From an uncultured Candidatus Saccharibacteria bacterium (GTDB taxonomy: Bacteria > Patescibacteriota > Minisyncoccia > Sungbacterales > SURF-37), in the NCBI GenBank assembly GCA_964365675.1, contig CAYIQX010000001.1:1-39289 (forward strand): 39,289 nt of DNA. The letters run 5' to 3'. The notes below the pieces were generated by a model. The model had not been told where the DNA came from, made no database searches, and worked only from the letters and a program-made list of their open reading frames with translations. Both the position numbers and the translations under genes were made by a program. This document shows positions 31,549-39,289 of the stretch, in pieces (positions within the stretch are counted from its first letter, which is position 1; each line of letters starts with the position of its first letter).

Positions 31549-32469
31549 TCAGTATTCGAATTCGTCCACCAACAGGCCGTTCGCGTCGCGAAACGTAACC
31601 TTGTCATGCAACGGATCGAACATTTTCTCCGTGCGACGAAGTGAAACGCGCCAGGTATCCCCGAGGAAACCGCCCCGGTCGCGGAAGTTTTTCACACACC
31701 CGGCATAGCTGAAATTCTGACTCATATACTCGATGCACCCCGGCCCGATGACCCCGGCTTGGAACGGACCTTCCGGCGCGCGGCAGGTGGAAACGGCCTC
31801 GATGGTATCAATGCAAGCGCCGCTGAAACCCCGTGCGATAAGTTTTGACTTATCCGGACTTGAATCAGCGCAGGAATTGGCGAGTGACGGCGTGAATGTA
31901 TAGGACTCATTCAGATACCCGATGCAGGCGTTCTCGCGGAAATTTTTCTGATACCCCTGCGCACCAACAAGAGCCCTGACCTCCCCGCCCGGAGCGAGGA
32001 TAACATCCTGCTCAAGCGCATCGATCTCCGGAATATTGTAGGCGCGGGGCAGGGTCGTGCTGAAGCGGCGGCTCGAAATGCTCCAGCCGGTAACGTCTAT
32101 GGGCGCGCTGTCGGGACTGCCGCCAAGTCCGAAAAATCCACCGCCGCCGTAACGGATGGTAACATATTCCTCATCAGCGCTTGTTCCGGAGCGGTGGATA
32201 TTGGCGATGCTGACTTTCCCCTTATAGGGGGATTCGCCCGGCCGCGGAGCTGGTTGTTCTGAACCCGCCTGCGGGGACGGCGTCCCGAACCCGAAGAATC
32301 CCCGCGATACCGGTTGGGGATTTTCAACCTCCGCGCCGAAACCGGGGCCAGTCGCAATGGGACCACTGCCGAAACGATCCAGGAACGGCAGGTCGAGACC
32401 ACTGCCGCTTAAAAGATAATAGCCGGTAACTAGTCCGACGATGACGACGAAAATGCCAATGGGATTCAT
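31549..32469 (-). CDS. N-terminally anchored lamin-tail-domain (LTD)-like protein with a Cys-rich C-terminal region
   Basis: TM segment IGIFVVIVGLVTGYYLL. EEYVTIRY...IDVTGWSISS resembles LTD. The C-terminal part has 8 Cys. Confidence 0.55.
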   Translation of the reverse strand: MNPIGIFVVIVGLVTGYYLLSGSGLDLPFLDRFGSGPIATGPGFGAEVENPQPVSRGFFGFGTPSPQAGSEQPAPRPGESPYKGKVSIANIHRSGTSADEEYVTIRYGGGGFFGLGGSPDSAPIDVTGWSISSRRFSTTLPRAYNIPEIDALEQDVILAPGGEVRALVGAQGYQKNFRENACIGYLNESYTFTPSLANSCADSSPDKSKLIARGFSGACIDTIEAVSTCRAPEGPFQAGVIGPGCIEYMSQNFSYAGCVKNFRDRGGFLGDTWRVSLRRTEKMFDPLHDKVTFRDANGLLVDEFEY

Positions 32470-32479
32470 AGATTCGCGA

Positions 32480-33415
32480 TTACCCCAAAATAGTTCCGAC
32501 GATCTCCCGATGGCCGCGGAGAAAATCCTCCCCGGGCATGGATTTCCCTCCTTCCGGCTTTAACTGCTGAATGGCCATGGTTCCGCGTCCCGCCGCAACA
32601 AGAAATTCGTCATTCTCGTCGAACACCTCGCCGGGTCGTCCCTCGCTTTTTACCCCTTCCCCTTTCACCCGCGCCCTCTCTATTGCCAATCGTATGGCAT
32701 TGCCGTTCCTCTGCCAAAACATATATGCACCGGGCCAGGGCTGGAATGCACGAACCTGCCGCTCGATATCGCGAGCCGGCATTGCCCAGTCAATGTGCCC
32801 GTCCTCCTTTTTCAGGATGCGGCTATAGGTGGCCGCCGCATGATCTTGCGGTCGGGGAGTTATTTTCCCTGTGGCCCAAGACCTAAGAGTTTCGAGGAAT
32901 AATTCCACGCCAAGGTCAGTAAGCGCATCCGAAAGTTCAAGTGCAGTCCAGGCCCGGTCGCTAAGCGGGAACTCCCGGAAAGCAACAATGGGGCCATGGT
33001 CCATTTCGCTATCCATCTGAATGATGGTAACGCCCGACAGGGCATCCCCAGCGAGAATGGCCGATTGAATCGGGGTAGTACCCCGCCACCGGGGCAGGAG
33101 GGACGGATGAATATTTAAGGAGCCGAACTCTGGGACCGCAAGGACATCCGGAGGCAAAATTTTTCCGTAGGCCACCACCAGTGAAAGTTTGATATCATGT
33201 GCCTTCAATTCTTCCGCGAATCCACCCAACGTTACCGGCTGCAGTACCGGGATACCAAATTCAAGCGCGGCCAACTTCACCGCACCCGTCCCGTGGCCAT
33301 CAGCCGCAGTAACCGCAAGTACGGGCTTTAGGCCACCTATGATGAGCCGCCGCAAAAATCGCGCGTTCTGGAGGGAACCGACAAATTCCGATGTTCCAAA
33401 AAAAGCGATCCGCAT
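32480..33415 (-). CDS. fmt: Methionyl-tRNA formyltransferase
   Basis: MRIAFFGTSEF and SLNIHPSLLPRWRGTTPIQSAIL. Sits downstream of def. Confidence 0.92.
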   Translation of the reverse strand: MRIAFFGTSEFVGSLQNARFLRRLIIGGLKPVLAVTAADGHGTGAVKLAALEFGIPVLQPVTLGGFAEELKAHDIKLSLVVAYGKILPPDVLAVPEFGSLNIHPSLLPRWRGTTPIQSAILAGDALSGVTIIQMDSEMDHGPIVAFREFPLSDRAWTALELSDALTDLGVELFLETLRSWATGKITPRPQDHAAATYSRILKKEDGHIDWAMPARDIERQVRAFQPWPGAYMFWQRNGNAIRLAIERARVKGEGVKSEGRPGEVFDENDEFLVAAGRGTMAIQQLKPEGGKSMPGEDFLRGHREIVGTILG

Positions 33416-33458
33416 GGCTTTACAAATTACGAATACTTAAAATTTCCGAATATCACAT

Positions 33459-33488
33459 CTATATCAATAGTATATACTATTGATATAG
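33459..33488. repeat. AT-rich palindrome family P1, copy 3 (perfect 30-mer)
   Basis: CTATATCAATAGTAT/ATACTATTGATATAG. It is flanked about 25-45 nt away by an outer inverted repeat, TTACGAAT (33427-33434) / ATTCGTAA (33536-33543). Confidence 0.9.
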
Positions 33489-33550
33489 GAGGCGGGACGG
33501 TGCGCATATCCGATCCGTATATTTGTGTCCGCTCGTAATTCGTAAAATGG

Positions 33551-34093
33551 TCAAACTGCCTTGGCATCAATCGGGAAAAGATGTTTAGTCCGGTCGGCTA
33601 TGAGCACGCCCTCAAGGTGATCCGTTTCATGCTGAATGACGCGGGCAAAAAACTTTGTAAAGCCCCGCGCGTGCTTTTTGGCATGTTCGTCGTACCACTC
33701 CAGATATACTTTATCGGCGCGCGATATCTCCCCGAACTTCCCGGGGATGGAAAGGCATCCCTCGGCCATTGTTCTTTTTTCCCGTGACTTCTTTTTCAAG
33801 ACCGGATTGATAAACACATTGTACTCCCATTTCTTTGGTACTTTTGCCGTGTTTGAAGCGTTCGCGGTCTCATTGTCAACCGCCCTTGCCTCCTCCGAAA
33901 CCAAAAAAATTTTGAGACCAACCCCGATTTGTGGCGCGGCAAGACCAACGCCATCTGCGGCGGCGCGAAGGGTATCCCTCATATCGGCAATAACCTGCCG
34001 GATGCGCGCTCCGGAAATATCCGAAAGCGGCACGCTTGCCGTTGGCGCGCGGAGCAAATTATGGGGGAGTTTTACGACGGGTTTTACGGACAT
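33551..34093 (-). CDS. def: Peptide deformylase
   Basis: From ATG 34093: GVGLAAPQIG, EGCLSIPG and QHETDHLEG (all three PDF motifs). The ORF-track start at 34342 adds an implausible extension. Confidence 0.92.
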   Translation of the reverse strand: MSVKPVVKLPHNLLRAPTASVPLSDISGARIRQVIADMRDTLRAAADGVGLAAPQIGVGLKIFLVSEEARAVDNETANASNTAKVPKKWEYNVFINPVLKKKSREKRTMAEGCLSIPGKFGEISRADKVYLEWYDEHAKKHARGFTKFFARVIQHETDHLEGVLIADRTKHLFPIDAKAV

Positions 34094-34382
34094 CGCGTTT
34101 TCTTTTACTCCTGCGGGCGCGGTGCCGGCGCAGTTCCCGGAGCCAGGATCGCCGCTTCGGGAGACCTTTGAGCGCGCCGAAAAAATACCTGCCGCGGCTC
34201 CTTGGTTCGAGGCCAGGCTTGGCAAGAACATATTTGGCCAGCGCCCGGAGATCGGGCTCCTCATACATCTTGGCCACGCCGAGGTAGCTTGCGAAGCGCT
34301 TGGGTTCAAGCATCGTCCGCGAGAGGTCGTCGGCGAGCACATGCTCCCTGGAATGAAGGTGCTTGTCGGGCGTCAGGCGCAT
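34059..34382 (-). CDS. Hypothetical ORF overlapping the def start; only the first ~95 aa could be real
   Basis: MRLTPDKHLHSREHVLADDLSRTMLEPKRFASYLGVAKMYEEPDLRALAKYVLAKPGLEP looks protein-like. The Arg-rich tail is an out-of-frame reading of def. No SD or homology recognised. Confidence 0.25.
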   Translation of the reverse strand: MRLTPDKHLHSREHVLADDLSRTMLEPKRFASYLGVAKMYEEPDLRALAKYVLAKPGLEPRSRGRYFFGALKGLPKRRSWLRELRRHRARRSKRKRDVRKTRRKTPP

Positions 34383-34411
34383 TTGACAAATCTGATATTA
34401 TTTGATACATA
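34383..34411 (+). promoter_or_regulatory. Sigma70-like promoter of cassette 6
   Basis: TTGACA (34383-34388), 17 nt, TACATA (34406-34411). SD AAAGGAGG lies at 34434-34441. Confidence 0.5.
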
Positions 34412-34449
34412 TTAGCAGGATTGCACCCCAAAGGAAAGGAGGCGGGACC

Positions 34450-35259
34450 ATGGAAATCGTCCTGCCGTACTTCACGCCCCGAAAATGGGGCGTCCCGTTC
34501 CCGTTCTTCTCTACGCTCGCCGGCGCCAAGCAGGCGGGATTCGACGGCGTCGAGATCCACCTCGTCGGGCTGTCACACGCTGAGGCGCGCCAAGCGGCCG
34601 CCCGTGCGCGCCGCCTCGGGCTCACCGTGTCGGTACATCAGGCCTGGTCCGTGGAAGAGGACGGTGTCCGGCACATCTGGAACGCCGCCTTCGACCTTCT
34701 CGGCTGGCTCCCCCAGGGCCGGGACTACCCGCTCGCCGGGCATATCCCGGCCGGCATCAGCGCGCCGGCGGTGATCTACGCCGATCGGATGCACGAGCCG
34801 ACGGACGCCGATACCTGGGTCCAGACCTGCTGTCATAGGGATGAGCGCGGGCGCTTCCTCGTCCCGTTCGAGCGCTTCCTCCAGGATATCCTGAACGAAC
34901 GCACCCCCATCGTCTTCGATGTCCAGCATGTCCTCGAATACGCCTGCGGCGTCGAGGGCGTTGCCAGCCTGCCGCGCCGGCCTCAAGAGCTCCGGGACCG
35001 GCTCTTCGCCGCCTGGAAGATCATGCGTCCGCTGGTGAAAGAGATCCAACTAGCCGATACTGACCCCTCCCTCGGGAGTTCATGGGGCCGGAACCTGCCG
35101 CTCAACAAGGGCATCCTGCCCCTCCGGGAATTCTGCCGGATGGTGAAGGAATCCGGCTGGGACGGCCGCGTGGTCCCCGAGGTCCAGCCAATGTTCTACA
35201 AGTTCCGCAGGCACAGCTGGGCCGAGCTCCGGCGTCAGACCGCCAAGCTCTTCGCCTGA
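34450..35259 (+). CDS. Xylose-isomerase-like TIM-barrel (sugar phosphate isomerase/epimerase family) protein, compositional outlier
   Basis: From ATG 34450: MEIVLPYFTP...AKQAGFDGVEIHL...LGLTVSVHQAW... is the typical AP_endonuc_2/TIM-barrel opening. Strong SD. High GC3. Confidence 0.55.
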   Translation: MEIVLPYFTPRKWGVPFPFFSTLAGAKQAGFDGVEIHLVGLSHAEARQAAARARRLGLTVSVHQAWSVEEDGVRHIWNAAFDLLGWLPQGRDYPLAGHIPAGISAPAVIYADRMHEPTDADTWVQTCCHRDERGRFLVPFERFLQDILNERTPIVFDVQHVLEYACGVEGVASLPRRPQELRDRLFAAWKIMRPLVKEIQLADTDPSLGSSWGRNLPLNKGILPLREFCRMVKESGWDGRVVPEVQPMFYKFRRHSWAELRRQTAKLFA

Positions 35260-35260
35260 C

Positions 35261-35288
35261 CGGGGGATGTGTCGCATCCTCCGTTTTT
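35261..35288 (+). terminator. Intrinsic terminator of cassette 6
   Basis: CGGGGGATG (35261-35269) pairs with CATCCTCCG (35275-35283), including one G-U pair, followed by T5. Confidence 0.65.
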
Positions 35289-35311
35289 CTTTTTCCCAGT
35301 GCTCCACTAGC

Positions 35312-36646
35312 ATGACCATTATGCGACGCCATATTCATTTTATCGGCATCGGGGGCATCGGCGTATCGGCGCTGGCGCGGCTCTACCGAAGCCGGGGTTT
35401 TCAGGTGAGCGGGTCGGACATTAGCCGCTCCGAGATAACCGACGCGCTCAAAAAGGAAAGCATTCAGACCTTCATCGGCAAGCACAAGGCCGCCAATGTC
35501 GCCGGTTCCGTAACCAACGTCATCCATACGGCGGCGATCCGATCGGATAATCCCGAGCTCGTTATTGCCAAACGCCGGCGCATCCCGACCCGAACCTATG
35601 CCCGGGCGCTCGGCGAACTCTCGCGGGGCTACCGCCTCATCGCCATAGCCGGCAGCCACGGCAAGTCGACGACCACCGCGCTTACGGCGCTCGCGCTTAT
35701 TCGCGGCAAATTCGACCCGACCATGGTCATCGGCACCAAGCTCCGCGAATTCAGAAATTCAAATTTCCGGCTTGGGCGGGGGGCCTGGCTCGTAATCGAA
35801 GCCGATGAATACCGCGCTTCGTTCCTGAACTATCGTCCGACTATTGCCGTCGTGACCAACATAGACCGCGAACACCTCGATTACTACCGAACTGTGGCCA
35901 ACGTCGAGGCGGCATTTTTAAAATTCCTTTTGCGCATTCAGCTCAATGGGACGGCCGTTCTGAACCGCGATGACCGGCGCACTCGACGCGTCGGCCGCAA
36001 ACTTGCCCGTTCCCGCAAGGATATCCGCATCATCTGGTATTCGCTCCGCGATGCGGCGGCCGTAAAAATCCGGAAAGTCATCCGCATTCCCGGGCGGCAC
36101 AATGTTTCAAATGCGCTTGCGGCGGTACAAGTGGCCTCAACCCTCCGTGTTCCGCGATCCGTAAGCTACCGCGCCATCGCTTCCTACCGCGGCGCGTGGC
36201 GGAGATTCGACTATCAGGATCATTTCGCCGGGGCCAAAGTATTCGCCGACTACGCGCATCACCCGACCGAAATAATGGCCACGCTTCAAGGGGCCCGCGA
36301 GCGCTTCCCCAAGAACCGCATTTGGTGCGTATTCCAGCCGCACCACTACGAGCGGACCCGCCTCCTCTACAAAGAATTTTCCCGCGCATTCAAGAATTGC
36401 GATGCGCTGGTACTGCTCGACATCTATGAAGTTGCCGGCCGCGAGCATGCAGGGAGAGATAACCGCGTCAATTCCGAGCGCCTGGCCAAGGCCGTAACCC
36501 GCCGCGGTACGCCAGCCCTCTACCTTAATAACCCCCGCCGCCTCAAGCCGTTCTTGAAGCGGTGGCTCAAGCCCGGCGACATCCTCCTCATGATGGGCGC
36601 GGGGGATATTTGGGAAATGACCAAAGAGCTGGCGGGCCGCAAATGA
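35312..36646 (+). CDS. murC: UDP-N-acetylmuramate--L-alanine ligase
   Basis: IHFIGIGGIGVSALARLY...GFQVSGSD and IAIAGSHGKSTTTAL. ..DYAHHPTEI.. An alternative start is 35321. Confidence 0.92.
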   Translation: MTIMRRHIHFIGIGGIGVSALARLYRSRGFQVSGSDISRSEITDALKKESIQTFIGKHKAANVAGSVTNVIHTAAIRSDNPELVIAKRRRIPTRTYARALGELSRGYRLIAIAGSHGKSTTTALTALALIRGKFDPTMVIGTKLREFRNSNFRLGRGAWLVIEADEYRASFLNYRPTIAVVTNIDREHLDYYRTVANVEAAFLKFLLRIQLNGTAVLNRDDRRTRRVGRKLARSRKDIRIIWYSLRDAAAVKIRKVIRIPGRHNVSNALAAVQVASTLRVPRSVSYRAIASYRGAWRRFDYQDHFAGAKVFADYAHHPTEIMATLQGARERFPKNRIWCVFQPHHYERTRLLYKEFSRAFKNCDALVLLDIYEVAGREHAGRDNRVNSERLAKAVTRRGTPALYLNNPRRLKPFLKRWLKPGDILLMMGAGDIWEMTKELAGRK

Positions 36647-36701
36647 CGAAGGAGCCGCGAATGCCCCAAGCAGAGAAGCCCCAAAACCCTTCCGCGCTTT
36701 G

Positions 36702-36730
36702 TTGCCTTTGCGCCCGTCGCCGCGTATAAT
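36702..36730 (+). promoter_or_regulatory. Promoter positioned for a leaderless ctpA transcript
   Basis: TTGCCT (36702-36707), 17 nt, TATAAT (36725-36730). The GTG start at 36737 lies 6 nt after the -10 element. Confidence 0.5.
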
Positions 36731-36736
36731 CTTCCT

Positions 36737-37954
36737 GTGTCCAAACTTCGGGATTTTCTGAAACCATCGGTCATATTCCTCCTTTCGGTCTTCATCATCG
36801 CCGCCGCTTTCGGCGGCGGCATTTATGTGGGGTACGAGCGGCGGCCAGCCATTGAAAAAGTAAGGGGCGTGCTCGGCCAGGAAACCGCGAAGCCCCAGGA
36901 TGTTGACTTCAGCCAGTTCTGGGAAGTTTGGAGCATCGTGGAGGAAAAATTCGTTGATCGCGATACCATTGTCCGTGACAAGCTGGTCCAGGGAGCCATC
37001 TCCGGCCTGGTCAAGGCCCTTGGCGACCCCTATACCGTCTTCCTTCCGCCCCAGCAATCAAAACTTTTCCACGAGGACGTGCGCGGCAGTTTCGGCGGCA
37101 TCGGCGCGGAAATCGGCATCCGAAAAGAAATGCTGACCGTCATCGCTCCCCTGAAGGGCTCGCCAGCCCAACGCGCCGGACTCAAGGCCGGCGACAAAAT
37201 TCTAAAGATCAATGCCACGACCACGGCCGACCTTTCCATCGAGGAAGCGGTGAGCTATATCCGCGGCCCGATCGGCACCACGGTTACTCTCACCATCAGC
37301 CGGGAGGATGAGGACGTCCGCGACGTGGAGATAACCCGCCAGACCATTGTCGTCCCCATCATCGAGACGGCGAAGAAGGGCGACGGGATTTTCTCCATCC
37401 ATCTCCTGAATTTCAACGAATCCTCGCCGCTCGAATTCCGGCGCGCCATCCGCGAGTTCCTGCTTTCCGGCGATAAAAAGCTCATCCTCGACCTTCGCTC
37501 GAACCCGGGCGGATTTCTCGACGCGGCGATAGATATTTCCTCCTGGTTCATTCCCGCGGGGGAGGTCGTTGCCCGCGAACGCCTCGCCGGCGGCAATGAA
37601 GTCCTCTACCGGAGTTCCGGCCACCGCCTCCTCGAATCGGTGCCCGTCGTGGTATTGATGGATCAGGGTTCGGCTTCGGCCTCCGAAATAGTGGCCGGAG
37701 CGCTCCGGGACGCCAAAGACGTAAAGCTCATCGGCGCGAAAACCTTTGGCAAGGGCTCGGTGCAGGAAGTGGATAATCTGAAGGACGGCGCATCACTGAA
37801 AATAACCATTGCCAAGTGGTTGACGCCAAAAGGCATCTCCATCAACGAAAAAGGCCTCGAACCGGATATCACAGTAGAAATAAAGAAGGAAGACGCCGAA
37901 GCCGGAAGAGACCCCCAGCTGGAAAAGGCCATTGAGGTACTGAAAACCTTATAA
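36737..37954 (+). CDS. ctpA: Carboxyl-terminal processing (S41) protease with a PDZ domain
   Basis: N-terminal TM. PDZ domain (GIGAEIG...VIAPLKGSPAQRAGLKAGDKILKIN). LDLRSNPGG, GSASASEIVAGAL and TFGKGSVQ. Confidence 0.88.
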   Translation: MSKLRDFLKPSVIFLLSVFIIAAAFGGGIYVGYERRPAIEKVRGVLGQETAKPQDVDFSQFWEVWSIVEEKFVDRDTIVRDKLVQGAISGLVKALGDPYTVFLPPQQSKLFHEDVRGSFGGIGAEIGIRKEMLTVIAPLKGSPAQRAGLKAGDKILKINATTTADLSIEEAVSYIRGPIGTTVTLTISREDEDVRDVEITRQTIVVPIIETAKKGDGIFSIHLLNFNESSPLEFRRAIREFLLSGDKKLILDLRSNPGGFLDAAIDISSWFIPAGEVVARERLAGGNEVLYRSSGHRLLESVPVVVLMDQGSASASEIVAGALRDAKDVKLIGAKTFGKGSVQEVDNLKDGASLKITIAKWLTPKGISINEKGLEPDITVEIKKEDAEAGRDPQLEKAIEVLKTL

Positions 37955-38053
37955 CCCGATCAAAACGATTAACCGTTCCACTTCACGGGACTCGATGAAG
38001 GCGGTGAAAACGGACGACTTTACCGAGCGCAGCGATTCATCGTCTTCATCGGC

Positions 38054-38332
38054 TTGACCAACGTGAAACGATTGACCATAAGGGTGCATGGCCGCGTCCA
38101 AAAGGTGTTTTTCCGCCGCACTGCCCAATTCCATGCACGCGCGCTCGGCCTCACCGGTCTTGCCCGGAATGAAGAGGACGGCTCGGTAACCATTATCACC
38201 GAGGGCGCGGAGGAAAAGCTGGAAGGTTTTCTTGAGTGGTGCAAAAAGGGCTCGCCGCTTACGGATGTTACCGGTACCGAGACCGAGTGGCAGGATGCCA
38301 CGGGAGAATTCAGGGAATTCGAGATCCAATAG
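38054..38332 (+). CDS. acyP: Acylphosphatase
   Basis: VKRLTIRVHGRVQKVFFRRTAQFHARALGLTGLARNEEDGSVTIITEG...FLEWC.KGSP. TTG start at 38054 or GTG at 38063. Confidence 0.7.
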   Translation: MTNVKRLTIRVHGRVQKVFFRRTAQFHARALGLTGLARNEEDGSVTIITEGAEEKLEGFLEWCKKGSPLTDVTGTETEWQDATGEFREFEIQ

Positions 38333-38408
38333 CTTTACGGATTACGGATCCATGCCGATATACGGATCTGTCTATCCGTACAGATCAGTAATCTGTAAAA
38401 ACATGAAC

Positions 38409-38873
38409 ATGAAGGTTATCCTGCTCAAAGAAGTCCCAAAGCTCGGAAAAACCGGGGACGTAAAGAGCGTCAGCGACGGCTACGGCAGAAATTTTCTCCT
38501 GCCGCAGGGACTAGCTGAACTTGCAACTGACTCCAAACTCGCATCGCTTGACCGCCGCATGGCCGAGCGCGTGAACCACGACGAGCGCGAAAGGAAACAG
38601 TATGAGACCCTGGCCGCCAAGTTGGGAGAAATCGTCCTCTCGTTTACCGTGAAGGTAGGGGAAAAAGGCCAGGCGTTCGGGTCCGTAACGCGCGAGGATA
38701 TTATCGGAGCGCTGAAGACCCGCGGCATTGCCATTGAACGCGGCTGGATAGAGCTTGAACACGGCATCAAGGCAGTAGGGGAGCAAACCCTCACTGTCGC
38801 CTTTCCGCATAATGTTATCGGGCACGTCAAAATCGCCATTGCGGCAGCAAAAGGTAGGGAATCCAGGAAATAA
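38409..38873 (+). CDS. rplI: 50S ribosomal protein L9
   Basis: MKVILLKEVPKLGKTGDVKSVSDGYGRNFLLPQGLA. An alternative ATG lies at 38403. The ORF-track start at 38232 overlaps acyP. Confidence 0.9.
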   Translation: MKVILLKEVPKLGKTGDVKSVSDGYGRNFLLPQGLAELATDSKLASLDRRMAERVNHDERERKQYETLAAKLGEIVLSFTVKVGEKGQAFGSVTREDIIGALKTRGIAIERGWIELEHGIKAVGEQTLTVAFPHNVIGHVKIAIAAAKGRESRK

Positions 38874-38951
38874 GATCTAGGATTAAGGCAATGAAGTCCC
38901 GTTCACCCGGCCAAGCGTCCCTACTACTTTCTAGTTTCTAGTTCCCGCGGC

Positions 38952-39289
38952 ATGACCCGATACATTTTCGTCTGCGGCGGGGTGATGTCCGGCATTGGCA
39001 AGGGGGTGGCTACGGCTTCCATAGCCCGGATCTTGAAATCCCGGGGCTTTCGTGTCTCCGCCCTCAAAATTGACCCCTACATCAACGTGGACGCCGGAAC
39101 CATGAACCCCATTGAGCACGGCGAGGTGTTCGTGACTGAAGACGGCATGGAGTGCGACCAAGACGTCGGGAACTACGAGCGGTTCCTCGACGAGGACATG
39201 CCGAAGGAGAACTACATGACCACGGGTGCGGTCTACCTCTCCGTGATCCAGCGCGAGCGGAACCTGGAGTACGGCGGACGCTGCGTTGA
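38952..39289 (+). CDS. pyrG: CTP synthase, 5' part (runs off the window)
   Basis: [65 protein letters not shown]. There is no stop before the window end. Confidence 0.9.
   Translation, partial: MTRYIFVCGGVMSGIGKGVATASIARILKSRGFRVSALKIDPYINVDAGTMNPIEHGEVFVTEDGMECDQDVGNYERFLDEDMPKENYMTTGAVYLSVIQRERNLEYGGRCV

Noticed and set aside
33636-34415. 259-aa plus-strand ORF across the def locus.
   Set aside because: It is antisense to def, which shows all three deformylase motifs. Its translation has no recognisable features.
36137-37057. 306-aa minus-strand ORF spanning the murC 3' end and the ctpA 5' end.
   Set aside because: It crosses an intergenic region and lies antisense to two well-supported genes. 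This is typical of a GC-rich spurious ORF.

Overview
A 39.3 kb GC-rich bacterial chromosomal segment made up mostly of housekeeping genes. On the + strand: alaS, an FtsA/PilM-like actin-fold gene, infA-rpmJ-rpsM-rpsK-rpsD-rpoA-rplQ, rplM-rpsI, murA, mreB, rpmF, a nusB-NUDIX fusion, rnc, a short smc, murC, ctpA, acyP, rplI and the 5' part of pyrG. On the - strand: a PEGA-lnt-speE-like operon, def-fmt, and several membrane or secreted hypotheticals. Several traits suggest a reduced-genome, CPR/Patescibacteria-like organism: no Shine-Dalgarno sequences on core genes, PEGA and lamin-tail-domain surface proteins, and shortened AlaRS and SMC. That assignment is inference only. I found no rRNA, tRNA, CRISPR array, transposase or integrase. 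The main points for follow-up are: (1) an envelope island (10.5-15.0 kb) containing a split SdpA/SdpB-like HTTM pair whose stop overlaps that of a convergent Gly/Pro-rich protein with a hydrophobic core, plus a Cys-rich membrane-protein operon; (2) six single-gene cassettes, each with a strong SD and a higher GC3 than the core genes, most with a recognisable promoter (four with TTGACA/TTGACT) and five with a clear terminator hairpin; (3) several families of AT-rich palindromes and hairpins repeated in intergenic spacers; (4) two GC-rich structured non-coding regions, a ~500 nt leader before alaS and a three-hairpin element after smc; (5) tandem pseudo-copies of the mreB 3' end. All identifications come from reading motifs by eye. 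No database or HMM search was run.
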